Shown here: positions 18,872-28,098 of the stretch, one piece after another | How the letters are laid out: every line of letters begins with the position of its first letter | Position numbering within the stretch: position 1 is the stretch's first letter | Assembly (NCBI GenBank): GCA_963703345.1 | Contig: OY969814.1 | Location: 192,001 to 256,000 of the forward strand | Direction of reading: 5' to 3' | DNA length: 64,000 nucleotides | DNA from: an uncultured Chloroflexia bacterium | GTDB lineage: Bacteria > Chloroflexota > Dehalococcoidia > DSTF01 > JALHUB01 | The notes under the pieces: generated by a model | What the model saw: the letters and a program-made list of their open reading frames with translations, nothing else | The model's database searches: none | Told to the model about the DNA's origin: nothing | Program-made: the position numbers and the translations under genes

Positions 18872-21091
18872 ATGATTGTTGACCAGCAACTGATTGAAGA
18901 ACTGTCGCTTTCCCTCGACGAGTACCGCCTCATCGTCGAGAAGCTTGGCCGCGAGCCCAACGAAGTCGAACTGGGCATGTTCGGCGCCATGTGGAGCGAG
19001 CACTGCGGCTATAAGAACAGCAAGCCGCTCCTGCGCATGCTCCCAAACACCGGCCCGAACATCCTCACGAGCATGGGCGGCGAGAACGCCGGCGCTATCG
19101 ACATCGGCGACGGCATCTGCGTCGTGATGAAGATAGAATCGCACAACCATCCGTCCGCCATCGAGCCCTACGAAGGCGCTGCTACCGGCGTCGGCGGCAT
19201 AGTACGCGACATCTTCGCCATGGGCGCGCGACCCATCGCAACCCTCGACTCCCTGCGCTTCGGCCCGCTCTCCGAGCCGCGCAATCGTTACCTCTTCTCC
19301 GGCGTCGTCGGCGGCATCGGCGGCTACGGCAACTGTCTGGGCATCCCGACCATCGCCGGCGAGGTCAGCTTCGCGGACCCTTACTCCGCGAACCCGCTGG
19401 TGAACGCCATGTGCGTAGGGATCGCGCGCATCGACCACCTCGTGTCCGGTCGCGCCGCGACGCCCGGCAACATCGTCCTGCTCGCAGGCGCCGATACGGG
19501 CCGCGACGGCATCGGTGGCGCCAACGTCCTCGCCTCCCGCGTCTTCGACGAAGGCAGCGCGGAGCTTCGCCCGACGGTGCAGGTGGGCAACCCATTCATG
19601 GAAAAACTACTCATGGAGGCCTGCCTGGAGCTCGCCGAGAAGCACCCCGACTGGATCGACGGTATCCAGGATCTGGGCGCCGCCGGCCTCACGAGCTCAA
19701 CCGTCGAGGCTGCCGCCCGCGCCGGCAACGGCATGGTAATTGACATTGCCCGCGTGCCGAGGCGGGAGCGCGGCATGCTTCCTCAGGAGGTGATGCTGTC
19801 GGAGTCGCAGGAGCGGATGCTCGTCTTCCCGAAAAAGGAGCACGAGGACGATGTGCGCCGCCTCCTGGAGCGCTGGGAGCTGAAAGTCGACGCTATCGGC
19901 CGCGTAACGGACGATGGCCTGATGCATGTCCTCGACGGCAACGAGGAAGTAGCGGCAATCCCCGTCAACGTGCTGACGACGCCGCCCGAGTACCGGCGCA
20001 TCGGACAGCGGCCACGCTACCTCGACGACGTGCAGGCGTACGACCTCTCGCGCCTGCCGGACGTGGACGATGCGGCGAAGGCGCTGCTCCGCCTTCTTTC
20101 GACGCCGGAGTTGGCGAACAAGCGCTGGGTGTGGCGGCAATACGATCATCAGGTCTTGACCAACACCGTCGTCGGGCCGGGAAGCGATGCGGCGGTCCTG
20201 CGCGTCAAAGGCACGAAAAAGGGCCTCGCCCTCACCAACGACGGCAACGGCCTCTACTGCTACCTCGATCCCTTTGCCGGTGGGGCCATCGCCGTCGCCG
20301 AGGCGGCCCGAAACGTGGTCTGCGCGGGCGGCCGTCCCGCGGCCATCACCGACTGCCTGAACTTCGGCAATCCCGAGAAGTTGGACGTCTACTACCAGAT
20401 GGAGCAGACAATCCGCGGCATAGCAGCGGCGGCCGAGAAGCTGGGCGCGCCGATAATCTCGGGCAACGTCAGCCTCTACAATGAGACGAACGGCGAGCCG
20501 GTACTGCCGACGCCTGTCATCGGCATGCTGGGTCTGCTGGACGACGTCGACCGTCGCTGCGCAATGGGCTTCCAACGCGAAGGAGACGTGGTCTTCGTCC
20601 TCGGCACTCTTCTCGACGCGCCTGTGGAGACCCTCGCCGGCAGCGAGTATCTGCGTGAGGTGCACGGCCTGGTAGCCGGACAGCCGCGAATCGACCTCGA
20701 TTTGGAGGCGCGCGTGCAACAGCTTTGCCTCGAAGCGATTGCCGGTGGTCTTCTTCGGTCCGCTCACGATTGCTCGCAGGGCGGCCTGGCCGTTGCCCTG
20801 GCGGAGAGTTGCATCAGCGGCCGCATCGGCATGGTCGGCGAGCAACTCGGCGCTGTGAGCAGGCTCGACGCCGTCCTCTTCGGCGAGGCGCAGTCGCGAA
20901 TCGTCCTCTCCTCTTCGCCGGAGCGGCGGAGCGAGCTTGAGGCGCTGGCCCGCCGGCACGACGTTCCGCTGACCTATCTCGGACAAGTCGGTGGCGACCG
21001 CCTCGTGCTGCCTGATGCCCTGGACGTTTCGCTCGCAGAGCTAACGGACGCCCACAGTCGCGGCTTGCCCGACGCGCTGGCCGGCGCGTAA
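18872..21091 (+). CDS. purL: phosphoribosylformylglycinamidine synthase subunit PurL
   Basis: MWSEHC.YK, ESHNHPS, DLGAAG, SESQERM, LNFGNP and SGNVSLYN. Confidence 0.98.
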   Translation: MIVDQQLIEELSLSLDEYRLIVEKLGREPNEVELGMFGAMWSEHCGYKNSKPLLRMLPNTGPNILTSMGGENAGAIDIGDGICVVMKIESHNHPSAIEPYEGAATGVGGIVRDIFAMGARPIATLDSLRFGPLSEPRNRYLFSGVVGGIGGYGNCLGIPTIAGEVSFADPYSANPLVNAMCVGIARIDHLVSGRAATPGNIVLLAGADTGRDGIGGANVLASRVFDEGSAELRPTVQVGNPFMEKLLMEACLELAEKHPDWIDGIQDLGAAGLTSSTVEAAARAGNGMVIDIARVPRRERGMLPQEVMLSESQERMLVFPKKEHEDDVRRLLERWELKVDAIGRVTDDGLMHVLDGNEEVAAIPVNVLTTPPEYRRIGQRPRYLDDVQAYDLSRLPDVDDAAKALLRLLSTPELANKRWVWRQYDHQVLTNTVVGPGSDAAVLRVKGTKKGLALTNDGNGLYCYLDPFAGGAIAVAEAARNVVCAGGRPAAITDCLNFGNPEKLDVYYQMEQTIRGIAAAAEKLGAPIISGNVSLYNETNGEPVLPTPVIGMLGLLDDVDRRCAMGFQREGDVVFVLGTLLDAPVETLAGSEYLREVHGLVAGQPRIDLDLEARVQQLCLEAIAGGLLRSAHDCSQGGLAVALAESCISGRIGMVGEQLGAVSRLDAVLFGEAQSRIVLSSSPERRSELEALARRHDVPLTYLGQVGGDRLVLPDALDVSLAELTDAHSRGLPDALAGA

Positions 21092-21118
21092 GGGCTCGGC
21101 ATCCCGGCGAGAGCGGCC

Positions 21119-21258
21119 TTGACGCGTTATCCCGCGTGCCTTATCCTATCCCAGACCGAACGTATGTACTCAAAGCCTTTTTGTGGTTCGAGAGGTGGAA
21201 AGATTCCGCTCAACTTGACTGATTCCCTTGTTGACCGCGCGGGCTACGGCACTATCAT
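21119..21258 (+). promoter_or_regulatory. tandem sigma70-like promoters upstream of rplI
   Basis: TTGACG-N17-TATCCT at 21119-21147 and TTGACC-N16-TATCAT at 21231-21258. Confidence 0.55.
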
Positions 21259-21303
21259 GGTGAAGGTGGCCCGCTCCAAAGCCAAACTCCCTGGAGGTCC
21301 GCA

Positions 21304-21843
21304 GTGAAAGTTGTTTTTCTGAAGGACGTTGAAGGCAGCGGACGCATCGGCGAGATCAAGAACGTCGCCGACGGCTTCGCCCGCAACTATCTCTTGCCGA
21401 AAGGCATGGCCGCGCCGGCCACCGCCGACGCGGTTAGGAAGGCAGAGGCGCGCGCCGTCGTGGAAGCCCATCGCCAGGCGCAGCTCGACGAGGCAGCGCA
21501 GTCAATCGCCGAACGCGTCGCCGGCCAGACAGTCAGAATCGTCGTCAAGGCTGGGAGCAAGGGGCGCCTCTTTGGCTCCGTGACCCAGGCGGACGTGGCC
21601 GAGGAAGTGGGCAAGCTGCTCCGCCAGGAGGTGGACCGCCACCAGGTGGTTCTGGCGGAGCCGATCAAGGAGACCGGCGACTACGAAGTGACGATCCAGC
21701 TTAGCCGCAACGTGCGGCCGAACATCGCTCTGAAGATTGTCGCGGAAGGCGCGGAGAGCGAAGAGGGGGCAACGCCAGCAGCCGAGCCGGAGCAGGTCGC
21801 GAGTGAAGAGGAACCAGCCGCGGAGTCAGAAGAGGGGGAATAG
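21304..21843 (+). CDS. rplI: 50S ribosomal protein L9 (acidic C-terminal tail)
   Basis: KV..LKDV, G.ARNYLLP.G.A and GRLFGSVT. Confidence 0.96.
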   Translation: MKVVFLKDVEGSGRIGEIKNVADGFARNYLLPKGMAAPATADAVRKAEARAVVEAHRQAQLDEAAQSIAERVAGQTVRIVVKAGSKGRLFGSVTQADVAEEVGKLLRQEVDRHQVVLAEPIKETGDYEVTIQLSRNVRPNIALKIVAEGAESEEGATPAAEPEQVASEEEPAAESEEGE

Positions 21844-21864
21844 CCTACCGACGAGGTGTGCGCG

Positions 21865-22053
21865 ATGAACGAAGGCTACGAAGAGGCAGCGGAATCGGCG
21901 GCAAGGGAGCTCGAACGGGCGCAAACAGCCGACGACGTCCGCACGATATGGAAGAAATACTATCTCGTTCTCGGCCATCGATCGCTCGGCAGGCTTTTGC
22001 TGGGACGGCCCGCCGTCGAGCTCGTTGCCCGTCACGAGGCACGGACCCATTAA
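21865..22053 (+). CDS. small hypothetical protein
   Basis: GAGG RBS; fills the gap between rplI and dnaB; contains WKKYYLVLGHRSLGRLLLG. Confidence 0.65.
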   Translation: MNEGYEEAAESAARELERAQTADDVRTIWKKYYLVLGHRSLGRLLLGRPAVELVARHEARTH

Positions 22054-22092
22054 GGACAACCCCCTCCTGTCAATAGCCTGAGGAGAGGCAGG

Positions 22093-23487
22093 ATGCTGGC
22101 CGACAGGCTCCCCCCTCACGACGTCGAAGCAGAAGAGGCGGTTATCGCCTCCATCCTCGTGGACAGCGAGGCTATCTACCGCGTCGCTCCCATCCTCAAG
22201 GCGGACGACTTCTTCCGCGAAAAGAACGCCTGGGCCTACGAGGCCTGTCTCAGCCTCTTCGACCGGAATGACGCCATCAATCAGGTGACGGTCGGCCACG
22301 AGCTCGCCCGCCGCGACCGGCTGGGGGAGATGGGCGGTCTTGCCTACCTCAGCCGGCTGGTGACGGAGCTCCCCACACCGGTCGGCGTCGAGCACTATGC
22401 CGGCATCGTGAAGCGCGACGCCGTCTACCGACGGCTCATCGAAGTGGCGAGTCGCATCGCCCAGATGGGATACAACGGCGGTCCGGACCTGGAAGAGACG
22501 CTTTCCCGCGCCGAGGGCATGCTGCTTTCCCTGCGCAGCGGCGAGCGCTTGAGCGATTTCACTCACATCAAAGAGATCCTGGACGGCTTCTGGGAGGGCA
22601 GCGGGCTGGAATCGCTGCGCAGCGGCCTCGAGGGGAACATTCGGACCGGATTCGCGGACCTCGATACTCTCCTGGGCGGCTTGAAGCGCTCGGACCTCAT
22701 CATTCTGGCGGCCCGACCAAGCCTGGGAAAGACCAGCCTGGCGCTGAATACCGCTCGCAACGCCGCCGTCGGTCAGAACGCCAAGATCGCCCTCTTCAGC
22801 CTGGAGATGGCGGCGGAACAACTCGCCCAACGGCTGCTGGCCAGCGAGTCAGGCGTCGATTCCACGAGACTGCGGCTCGGTCTGCACACGGAGGCCGAGG
22901 AGCGGCGCGTCATGAACGCGCTCGGAGTGCTCGCCGCCACCGACATTTGGGTCGACGACAGCGCGGTCCTGCGCATGCCGGAGATCCGTGGTAAGGCGCT
23001 ACGCCTTTCACGCGACCGTGGCCTCGATCTTGTCATCGTCGACTATTTGCAGTTGATTCATGGGACGGAGCGGGGCGACAACCGGGTACAGGAGATCAGC
23101 TACATCTCACGAGCGCTCAAGGAGCTGGCGCGCGAGCTCGACGTGCCGGTGATCGCCGTGTCGCAACTCTCGCGCGCGCCGGAGATGCGTTCACCGCACA
23201 TCCCGATGTTGAGCGACCTGCGGGAGAGCGGCAGCATCGAGCAGGACGCCGATCTCGTGGTGTTCATATATCGAGAGGAAGTGTATGTGCGCAAGGACGA
23301 CTGGGAATCGCAGCACGCGGACGGCTCTCCCTATCCGGCCGGCGACGCTCAGATCATCGTCGCCAAGAATCGCAACGGACCAACGGGCACCGTCCATCTT
23401 CGCTTCCGGCACAACATCGCCCGCTTTGAGGACCTCCTTCTGCGAGAAGAGGAGGGAGTGATGAGCCGGTCCTCGGCGGAGGTCTGA
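22093..23487 (+). CDS. dnaB: replicative DNA helicase
   Basis: LPPH..EAE, AARPSLGKT, FSLEM, VDYLQL, SQLSR and SDLRESGSIEQDAD. Confidence 0.98.
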   Translation: MLADRLPPHDVEAEEAVIASILVDSEAIYRVAPILKADDFFREKNAWAYEACLSLFDRNDAINQVTVGHELARRDRLGEMGGLAYLSRLVTELPTPVGVEHYAGIVKRDAVYRRLIEVASRIAQMGYNGGPDLEETLSRAEGMLLSLRSGERLSDFTHIKEILDGFWEGSGLESLRSGLEGNIRTGFADLDTLLGGLKRSDLIILAARPSLGKTSLALNTARNAAVGQNAKIALFSLEMAAEQLAQRLLASESGVDSTRLRLGLHTEAEERRVMNALGVLAATDIWVDDSAVLRMPEIRGKALRLSRDRGLDLVIVDYLQLIHGTERGDNRVQEISYISRALKELARELDVPVIAVSQLSRAPEMRSPHIPMLSDLRESGSIEQDADLVVFIYREEVYVRKDDWESQHADGSPYPAGDAQIIVAKNRNGPTGTVHLRFRHNIARFEDLLLREEEGVMSRSSAEV

Positions 23488-23500
23488 AAGCGCTGGCCAT

Positions 23501-24922
23501 ATGAGAAGGCTGGACGAAATAATCGAAGGGATGCGAGTGGCTGAGGGACTGTCCGACGCGAACCGGGACGTGGCCTGCGCGACCGAAGAGAAGAGCGACG
23601 CTTGCCCTCTCTGCGACGGCGCCGGCTTCGTCCGCCGCAGGCTCCCCGTCGATCATCCTGACTTTGGCAAGGCGTTCCCCTGCGATTGTGTTCGGCGCGA
23701 GCGGGAGGATGAGAGGTCGGCGCGTCTGGAGCGCTACAGCGACCTCGGTCCGCTGACGCGCCTCACGTTCGATAACCTTAGCGTGCGCGGGCGCAGCAGC
23801 AATCCGCGCGATCAGGAGCGCTTCCAGCGCTGCGTTGAAGAGGCGCGTAGCTTCGCCGAGAATCCTGACGGCTGGCTGGTCCTTTTCGGCCCCAGCGGCT
23901 GCGGCAAGACCCACGTGGCCGCCGCCGTCGCCAATCGCTGCCTGGCGCTGGGCACGCCGTCGCTATTCGTCATCGTCCCCGATCTGCTGGACCGCCTGCG
24001 CGCCGCCTATCATCCCGAGGCCGCCGTCGACTACGACCAGGCATTCGAACGCGTGCGCAACGCTCCCGTGCTCATCCTCGACGACCTGGGCGGGCAGAGC
24101 AGCACCCCCTGGGCGCAGGAGAAGCTCGCCCAGATAGTCAACCACCGCTTCAATTGCCGATTACCCACAATCGTCACCAGCGGCTCTGCGCTGCACAAGC
24201 TCGACGACCGATTGCAGACGCGGCTGACAGACCCCTCGCTGAGTCGCGTCTTCGAGTTGGAGCCGGCATCAGGCGGCCGTCGCGGCGGTCGAAAGCTCGA
24301 CGTCTTCGACCAGCCGCGTTTCCGCAACATGACCTTCGACAGCTTCGACACGCAGGGTTTCCACCTGCCCGTCGCTGAACGACGCCGTCTTGAGGACGCC
24401 TACCGCTTCGCGCTGGACTTCGCGCAGAAACCCGAGGGCTGGCTGATGCTCACCGGGCCTGCCGGGAGCGGCAAGACGCACCTGGCCGTGGCCATAACCA
24501 ACTACCGCCGCCACCTCGGCGACTCGCCGTACTTCATTGAAGTGACCGACTTGCTGCACTTCCTCAGTCGCAAAGACAAGAAAGGGGAGCCGGAGCAGTA
24601 CTATCGCGAGATCGAGGAGATCAGCGAGGCGCCGCTCCTCGTGCTGGACGATCTCTATATCAACCGGCGCAACCCCTGGTGGGAAGACATCTTCCGGATC
24701 CTCAAGCACCGCCACACGGCCCAATTGCCCACAGTGGTGACGACGCTCCAGGCGCTTGCCAATCTGTCGCTGGATGAGCTGGGGGAGCGAATTGCTTCGC
24801 TGCTCGGCGACCCGAGCGTGTGCTCCGAGGTGCGACTGCCCGGCGCATCCCAGAAGCCGAGACCCGCAAACGACGTCCCTTCCCCGGAAGACGAGCCGCC
24901 GCGACGACGGAAGCGCGTCTGA
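23501..24922 (+). CDS. DnaC/DnaI/IstB-like helicase loader with two tandem AAA+ domains
   Basis: N-terminal CxxC..CxC. Two Walker A motifs (GPSGCGKT, GPAGSGKT) and two Walker B motifs (LILDDLG, LVLDDL). Confidence 0.85.
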   Translation: MRRLDEIIEGMRVAEGLSDANRDVACATEEKSDACPLCDGAGFVRRRLPVDHPDFGKAFPCDCVRREREDERSARLERYSDLGPLTRLTFDNLSVRGRSSNPRDQERFQRCVEEARSFAENPDGWLVLFGPSGCGKTHVAAAVANRCLALGTPSLFVIVPDLLDRLRAAYHPEAAVDYDQAFERVRNAPVLILDDLGGQSSTPWAQEKLAQIVNHRFNCRLPTIVTSGSALHKLDDRLQTRLTDPSLSRVFELEPASGGRRGGRKLDVFDQPRFRNMTFDSFDTQGFHLPVAERRRLEDAYRFALDFAQKPEGWLMLTGPAGSGKTHLAVAITNYRRHLGDSPYFIEVTDLLHFLSRKDKKGEPEQYYREIEEISEAPLLVLDDLYINRRNPWWEDIFRILKHRHTAQLPTVVTTLQALANLSLDELGERIASLLGDPSVCSEVRLPGASQKPRPANDVPSPEDEPPRRRKRV

Positions 24923-25055
24923 GCCTCCTTCCTCCAGCCGAGGAACCTGATTGACTACTCATAGCTCGTACCTTGATCTTACTCAACCTAATCTCGTACA
25001 ATACCGCCTAGAGCCCGCTCAACCATCCTCAGAGGGATCTCGGGAGGTCGTCACC

Positions 25056-25340
25056 GTGGCACTGGAAGACAGGACGTTAGTGTGTCGCAATTGCGGAAAA
25101 GAATTCGCCTTTACCGCGGGCGAGCAGACTTTCTTCTTGCGGCGGGGTCTTTTGAATGATCCCCAGCGCTGTCCCTTGTGCCGGGCAGCGAAGCGAGAGG
25201 AGCGCGGCGAGAACCAGCGAGAGATGACAGCCGTAGTCTGTGCCTCCTGCGGTGCCAAGACCCTCGTCCCCTTTGTCCCGCGGCTGGACAAGCCAGTGTA
25301 CTGCAATCCCTGCTTCGAGAGGATGCGCGCGACTGTCTAG
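25056..25340 (+). CDS. zinc-ribbon protein with CxxC-x17-CxxC domain
   Basis: D.TL.C..CG..F.FTAGEQ.F, P.RC..CR and VPF.P...PVYC..C. Confidence 0.88.
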   Translation: MALEDRTLVCRNCGKEFAFTAGEQTFFLRRGLLNDPQRCPLCRAAKREERGENQREMTAVVCASCGAKTLVPFVPRLDKPVYCNPCFERMRATV

Positions 25341-26008
25341 TCGTTCGCCCCCTCCAGCGGACCTCCCAGCCAGGACTCGCCGTCCTCCCACGTCTCTTTC
25401 TTCCAGATGGGGACTGTCTGCTTGATTCGGTCGATTACGTACCGGCAGGCGTCGAACGCCTCGCCTCGATGAGGCGCCGAAACGGCGACTATCAGCGCCA
25501 TCTCGCCCACCCGCAGCAGGCCGACGCGATGACGAAGCGCTATCTTTACCTCCTGCCAGCGGCCAAGCGCCTCTTCGACGACTCGACGCATCTCCTTCGC
25601 GGCCATCGAACGAAAGGCATCGTATTCCAGGGAGAGGACCTTTCGGCCCTGATCCTCATCGCGCACACTGCCGACGAAGAGGACGACGGCGCCGTTGGCT
25701 GGGTCTGTGACTGCCGCTATCAACGGCAACGGGTCAAGCACTTCGTCCGTAAGCTCGAAGGCGGCGCCGCCGCTGATCGGCGGTATCAGAGCCACTTCAT
25801 CGCTGTCCTGAAGCACGTAGTCTCGCGAGCGGTACTCCTCGTTGACGGCGAAGGCAAGACCGGGGATCAAGGGCTTGAGCTGCGGATATTTCCCGGCGAG
25901 TTGCTCCGCCAGATCGCTCACCGTCGCGTCTTCTGGTAGTTGGACAACGATTTCCTGCCCGCCGACCAACTCCTTCAACCCGGCGAATAGCCGAACGCTC
26001 ACCTTCAT
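25337..26008 (-). CDS. moaDE: molybdopterin synthase MoaD-MoaE fusion
   Basis: MoaD part (VRLFA..PPISGG) followed by MoaE part (GA...F.G.VR, HRVG.L, HR.EAF, PIWKKE). GGAGG-like RBS. Confidence 0.92.
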   Translation of the reverse strand: MKVSVRLFAGLKELVGGQEIVVQLPEDATVSDLAEQLAGKYPQLKPLIPGLAFAVNEEYRSRDYVLQDSDEVALIPPISGGAAFELTDEVLDPLPLIAAVTDPANGAVVLFVGSVRDEDQGRKVLSLEYDAFRSMAAKEMRRVVEEALGRWQEVKIALRHRVGLLRVGEMALIVAVSAPHRGEAFDACRYVIDRIKQTVPIWKKETWEDGESWLGGPLEGAND

Positions 26009-26149
26009 GACGTCACCGCCCTCGTTTGTTCCTGGTCTTTCCCTCGGCAGAGGCATCAAAGCTCATCTCAGCAATAAGAGTTGCCGATGATCCATCGATG
26101 ACACTGTTCCGATGATCAGCTATACTGACGCCTCAGAAACCCAACGAAC

Positions 26150-26857
26150 ATGATGAGCATCGGCACGATTCTGGGCAAGGCGGGCAAGCAGGCAATTGAC
26201 TTGCTTTTTCCTCCTCGCTGCGTCATCTGCGGCAGACTGGGGTCGTTTCTCTGCCCCGATTGCCGGTCGTCGTTGCCGCGGGCCGGGCCGCCGCGCTGCG
26301 CCATCTGCTGGCAGCCCACACCCGGCCGAACGTGCGGTCGCTGTGAGGAATCGCGGCCATCGTTCAACGGACTCCGTTCGCCCTACATCTTCGAGGGCGG
26401 CACGCGGGAATTAGTGCACCGGCTGAAATATCAGAATCAGTCAGTCCTTGCCGGGCCCATGGCGGACCTGGTCATTGACTTCCTGGCCGACAACCCGCTT
26501 CCCGCAGACGTACTCGTGCCGGTGCCCCTCTTTCCGAGGCGAATGCGCGTACGCGGTTACAACCAGTCGGCGCTTCTGGCGCAGGCGCTGGCGCGACAGC
26601 TCGGCTTGCCCGTCAACGAGCGGACGCTCAACCGGACTCGCAACACGACTTCGCAAGCCAGGACCAACAACTCCGACGAGAGAAGAACCAACGTCCGCGA
26701 GGCCTTCACATGCAGGGACGGACAGCTTGCCGGCGAGCGGGTGCTCCTGGTCGACGACGTGTTGACGACCGGCGCGACGCTTGATGCATGCGCCCGGGCA
26801 CTTCAAAGGGCTGGTGTCGAGTCTGTCTGGGCCCTCACTTTCGCTCATGAGGATTGA
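26150..26857 (+). CDS. comF: ComF family protein (Zn ribbons + PRTase)
   Basis: LFPPRC..C, RGYNQS and LLVDDVLTTGAT. Confidence 0.9.
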   Translation: MMSIGTILGKAGKQAIDLLFPPRCVICGRLGSFLCPDCRSSLPRAGPPRCAICWQPTPGRTCGRCEESRPSFNGLRSPYIFEGGTRELVHRLKYQNQSVLAGPMADLVIDFLADNPLPADVLVPVPLFPRRMRVRGYNQSALLAQALARQLGLPVNERTLNRTRNTTSQARTNNSDERRTNVREAFTCRDGQLAGERVLLVDDVLTTGATLDACARALQRAGVESVWALTFAHED

Positions 26858-26921
26858 TGAAAAGCGGGTTGAAGACAAATCTCGCCAATAGAATGCTTCG
26901 GCGAAACCTGGAGGAAAGATA

Positions 26922-28028
26922 GTGCCTCTGCCGCAACTGGTGATGTTCCTCGGCGGCATGGGCGGAAGTCCCGTGGAGGACGAATTCGCCCGCGCCCTCG
27001 GCGAAGACACGCTGGACACGCTGGAGCGCGTGCTCGATTCTGGCGGCGTCAACGGCGCGATTCTCGCCACAGACACGCCGCACATCGCTGATCGCTTCTC
27101 GTCAGAGGTGCGAGTGGACATTGACGACGGGCCGTTCCATTTCGGCGAGCGTCTAGTACAGGTGATACGCCGACATGAGCTGGAGCGGCTCATCTACCTG
27201 GGAGCCGGAAGCGGGACACTCATGGCGAACGATGACTTCTTCTCGCTTGGCCACTATCTGGGCATGGCCTGGAACATGGTCCTGACCAACAACCGCTATT
27301 CCTCTGACTTTGCCGCTTTTGTCCCGGGCGCAGCCCTCTTCCAGATCCCTTTGCCCCCGAAGGATAACGTCCTGCCGCGCACCCTTCACGATGAAGCGGG
27401 CCTCACGCTACAGGAGTTGCCACGAAGCACCGCGACCCAGTTCAACATCGATACGCCCTCAGATCTTGCCATCCTCAAGCTAACTGGCCACGCCGGTCCT
27501 CGCCTTAGCAACTGGCTCGAGGGCACGAACGTCAACGTCTCGAGATATATTGCCTGCCTAAGTCTCCTCACCAATCCAAGAGGGCAGATCCTCGTCGCGG
27601 GAAGGGTCGGGAGTCAGGTCTGGCAGTACTTGGAGAAGGAGACCGCCTGCAAAGTAAGGCTAGTCTCTGAAGAGCGCGGCCTGCGGGCGGAAGAGCGGGA
27701 AGACGGAAAGGCGCGTTCTCTGCTCGGCTTTCACCTCCAACAGACAGGCTGCGACCGCTTCTTTGCGGAGCTGGCCGAGATGGCGGACGCCGCCATCATC
27801 GACACGCGCGTTATCTTCGCCCACATGTCCGAACGGCCCGGCCGCGCTGATCGCTTCCTATCGGATATGGGTCGCTACGAAGAGATAAACGACCCGTTCC
27901 TACGGGAGTTCACCGAAGGCGCCATGAAAGCGCGCATCCCTGTGCTGCTCGGTGGCCACTCCCTCGTGGCCGGCGGCCTCATGGCCCTCACTGAGCTGGC
28001 CTGGAGAGACGCCCCCGACCCTTCGTAG
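26922..28028 (+). CDS. conserved hypothetical protein with CofC/NTP-transferase-like N-terminal domain
   Basis: Long ORF with GGAGG RBS. NIDTPSDL resembles the DxDTPxDL motif of CofC/GT-A-like folds. Confidence 0.6.
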   Translation: MPLPQLVMFLGGMGGSPVEDEFARALGEDTLDTLERVLDSGGVNGAILATDTPHIADRFSSEVRVDIDDGPFHFGERLVQVIRRHELERLIYLGAGSGTLMANDDFFSLGHYLGMAWNMVLTNNRYSSDFAAFVPGAALFQIPLPPKDNVLPRTLHDEAGLTLQELPRSTATQFNIDTPSDLAILKLTGHAGPRLSNWLEGTNVNVSRYIACLSLLTNPRGQILVAGRVGSQVWQYLEKETACKVRLVSEERGLRAEEREDGKARSLLGFHLQQTGCDRFFAELAEMADAAIIDTRVIFAHMSERPGRADRFLSDMGRYEEINDPFLREFTEGAMKARIPVLLGGHSLVAGGLMALTELAWRDAPDPS

Positions 28029-28098
28029 GCACGATTCCCTATTCAAACAGGCGCTATCGGACTTGACGGTGCCCAATCCCTGGGATACGCTCACTCTA

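Noticed and set aside
23501-24922. IS21 element (IstB)
   Set aside because: There is no istA and no terminal inverted repeats, and the gene directly follows dnaB.
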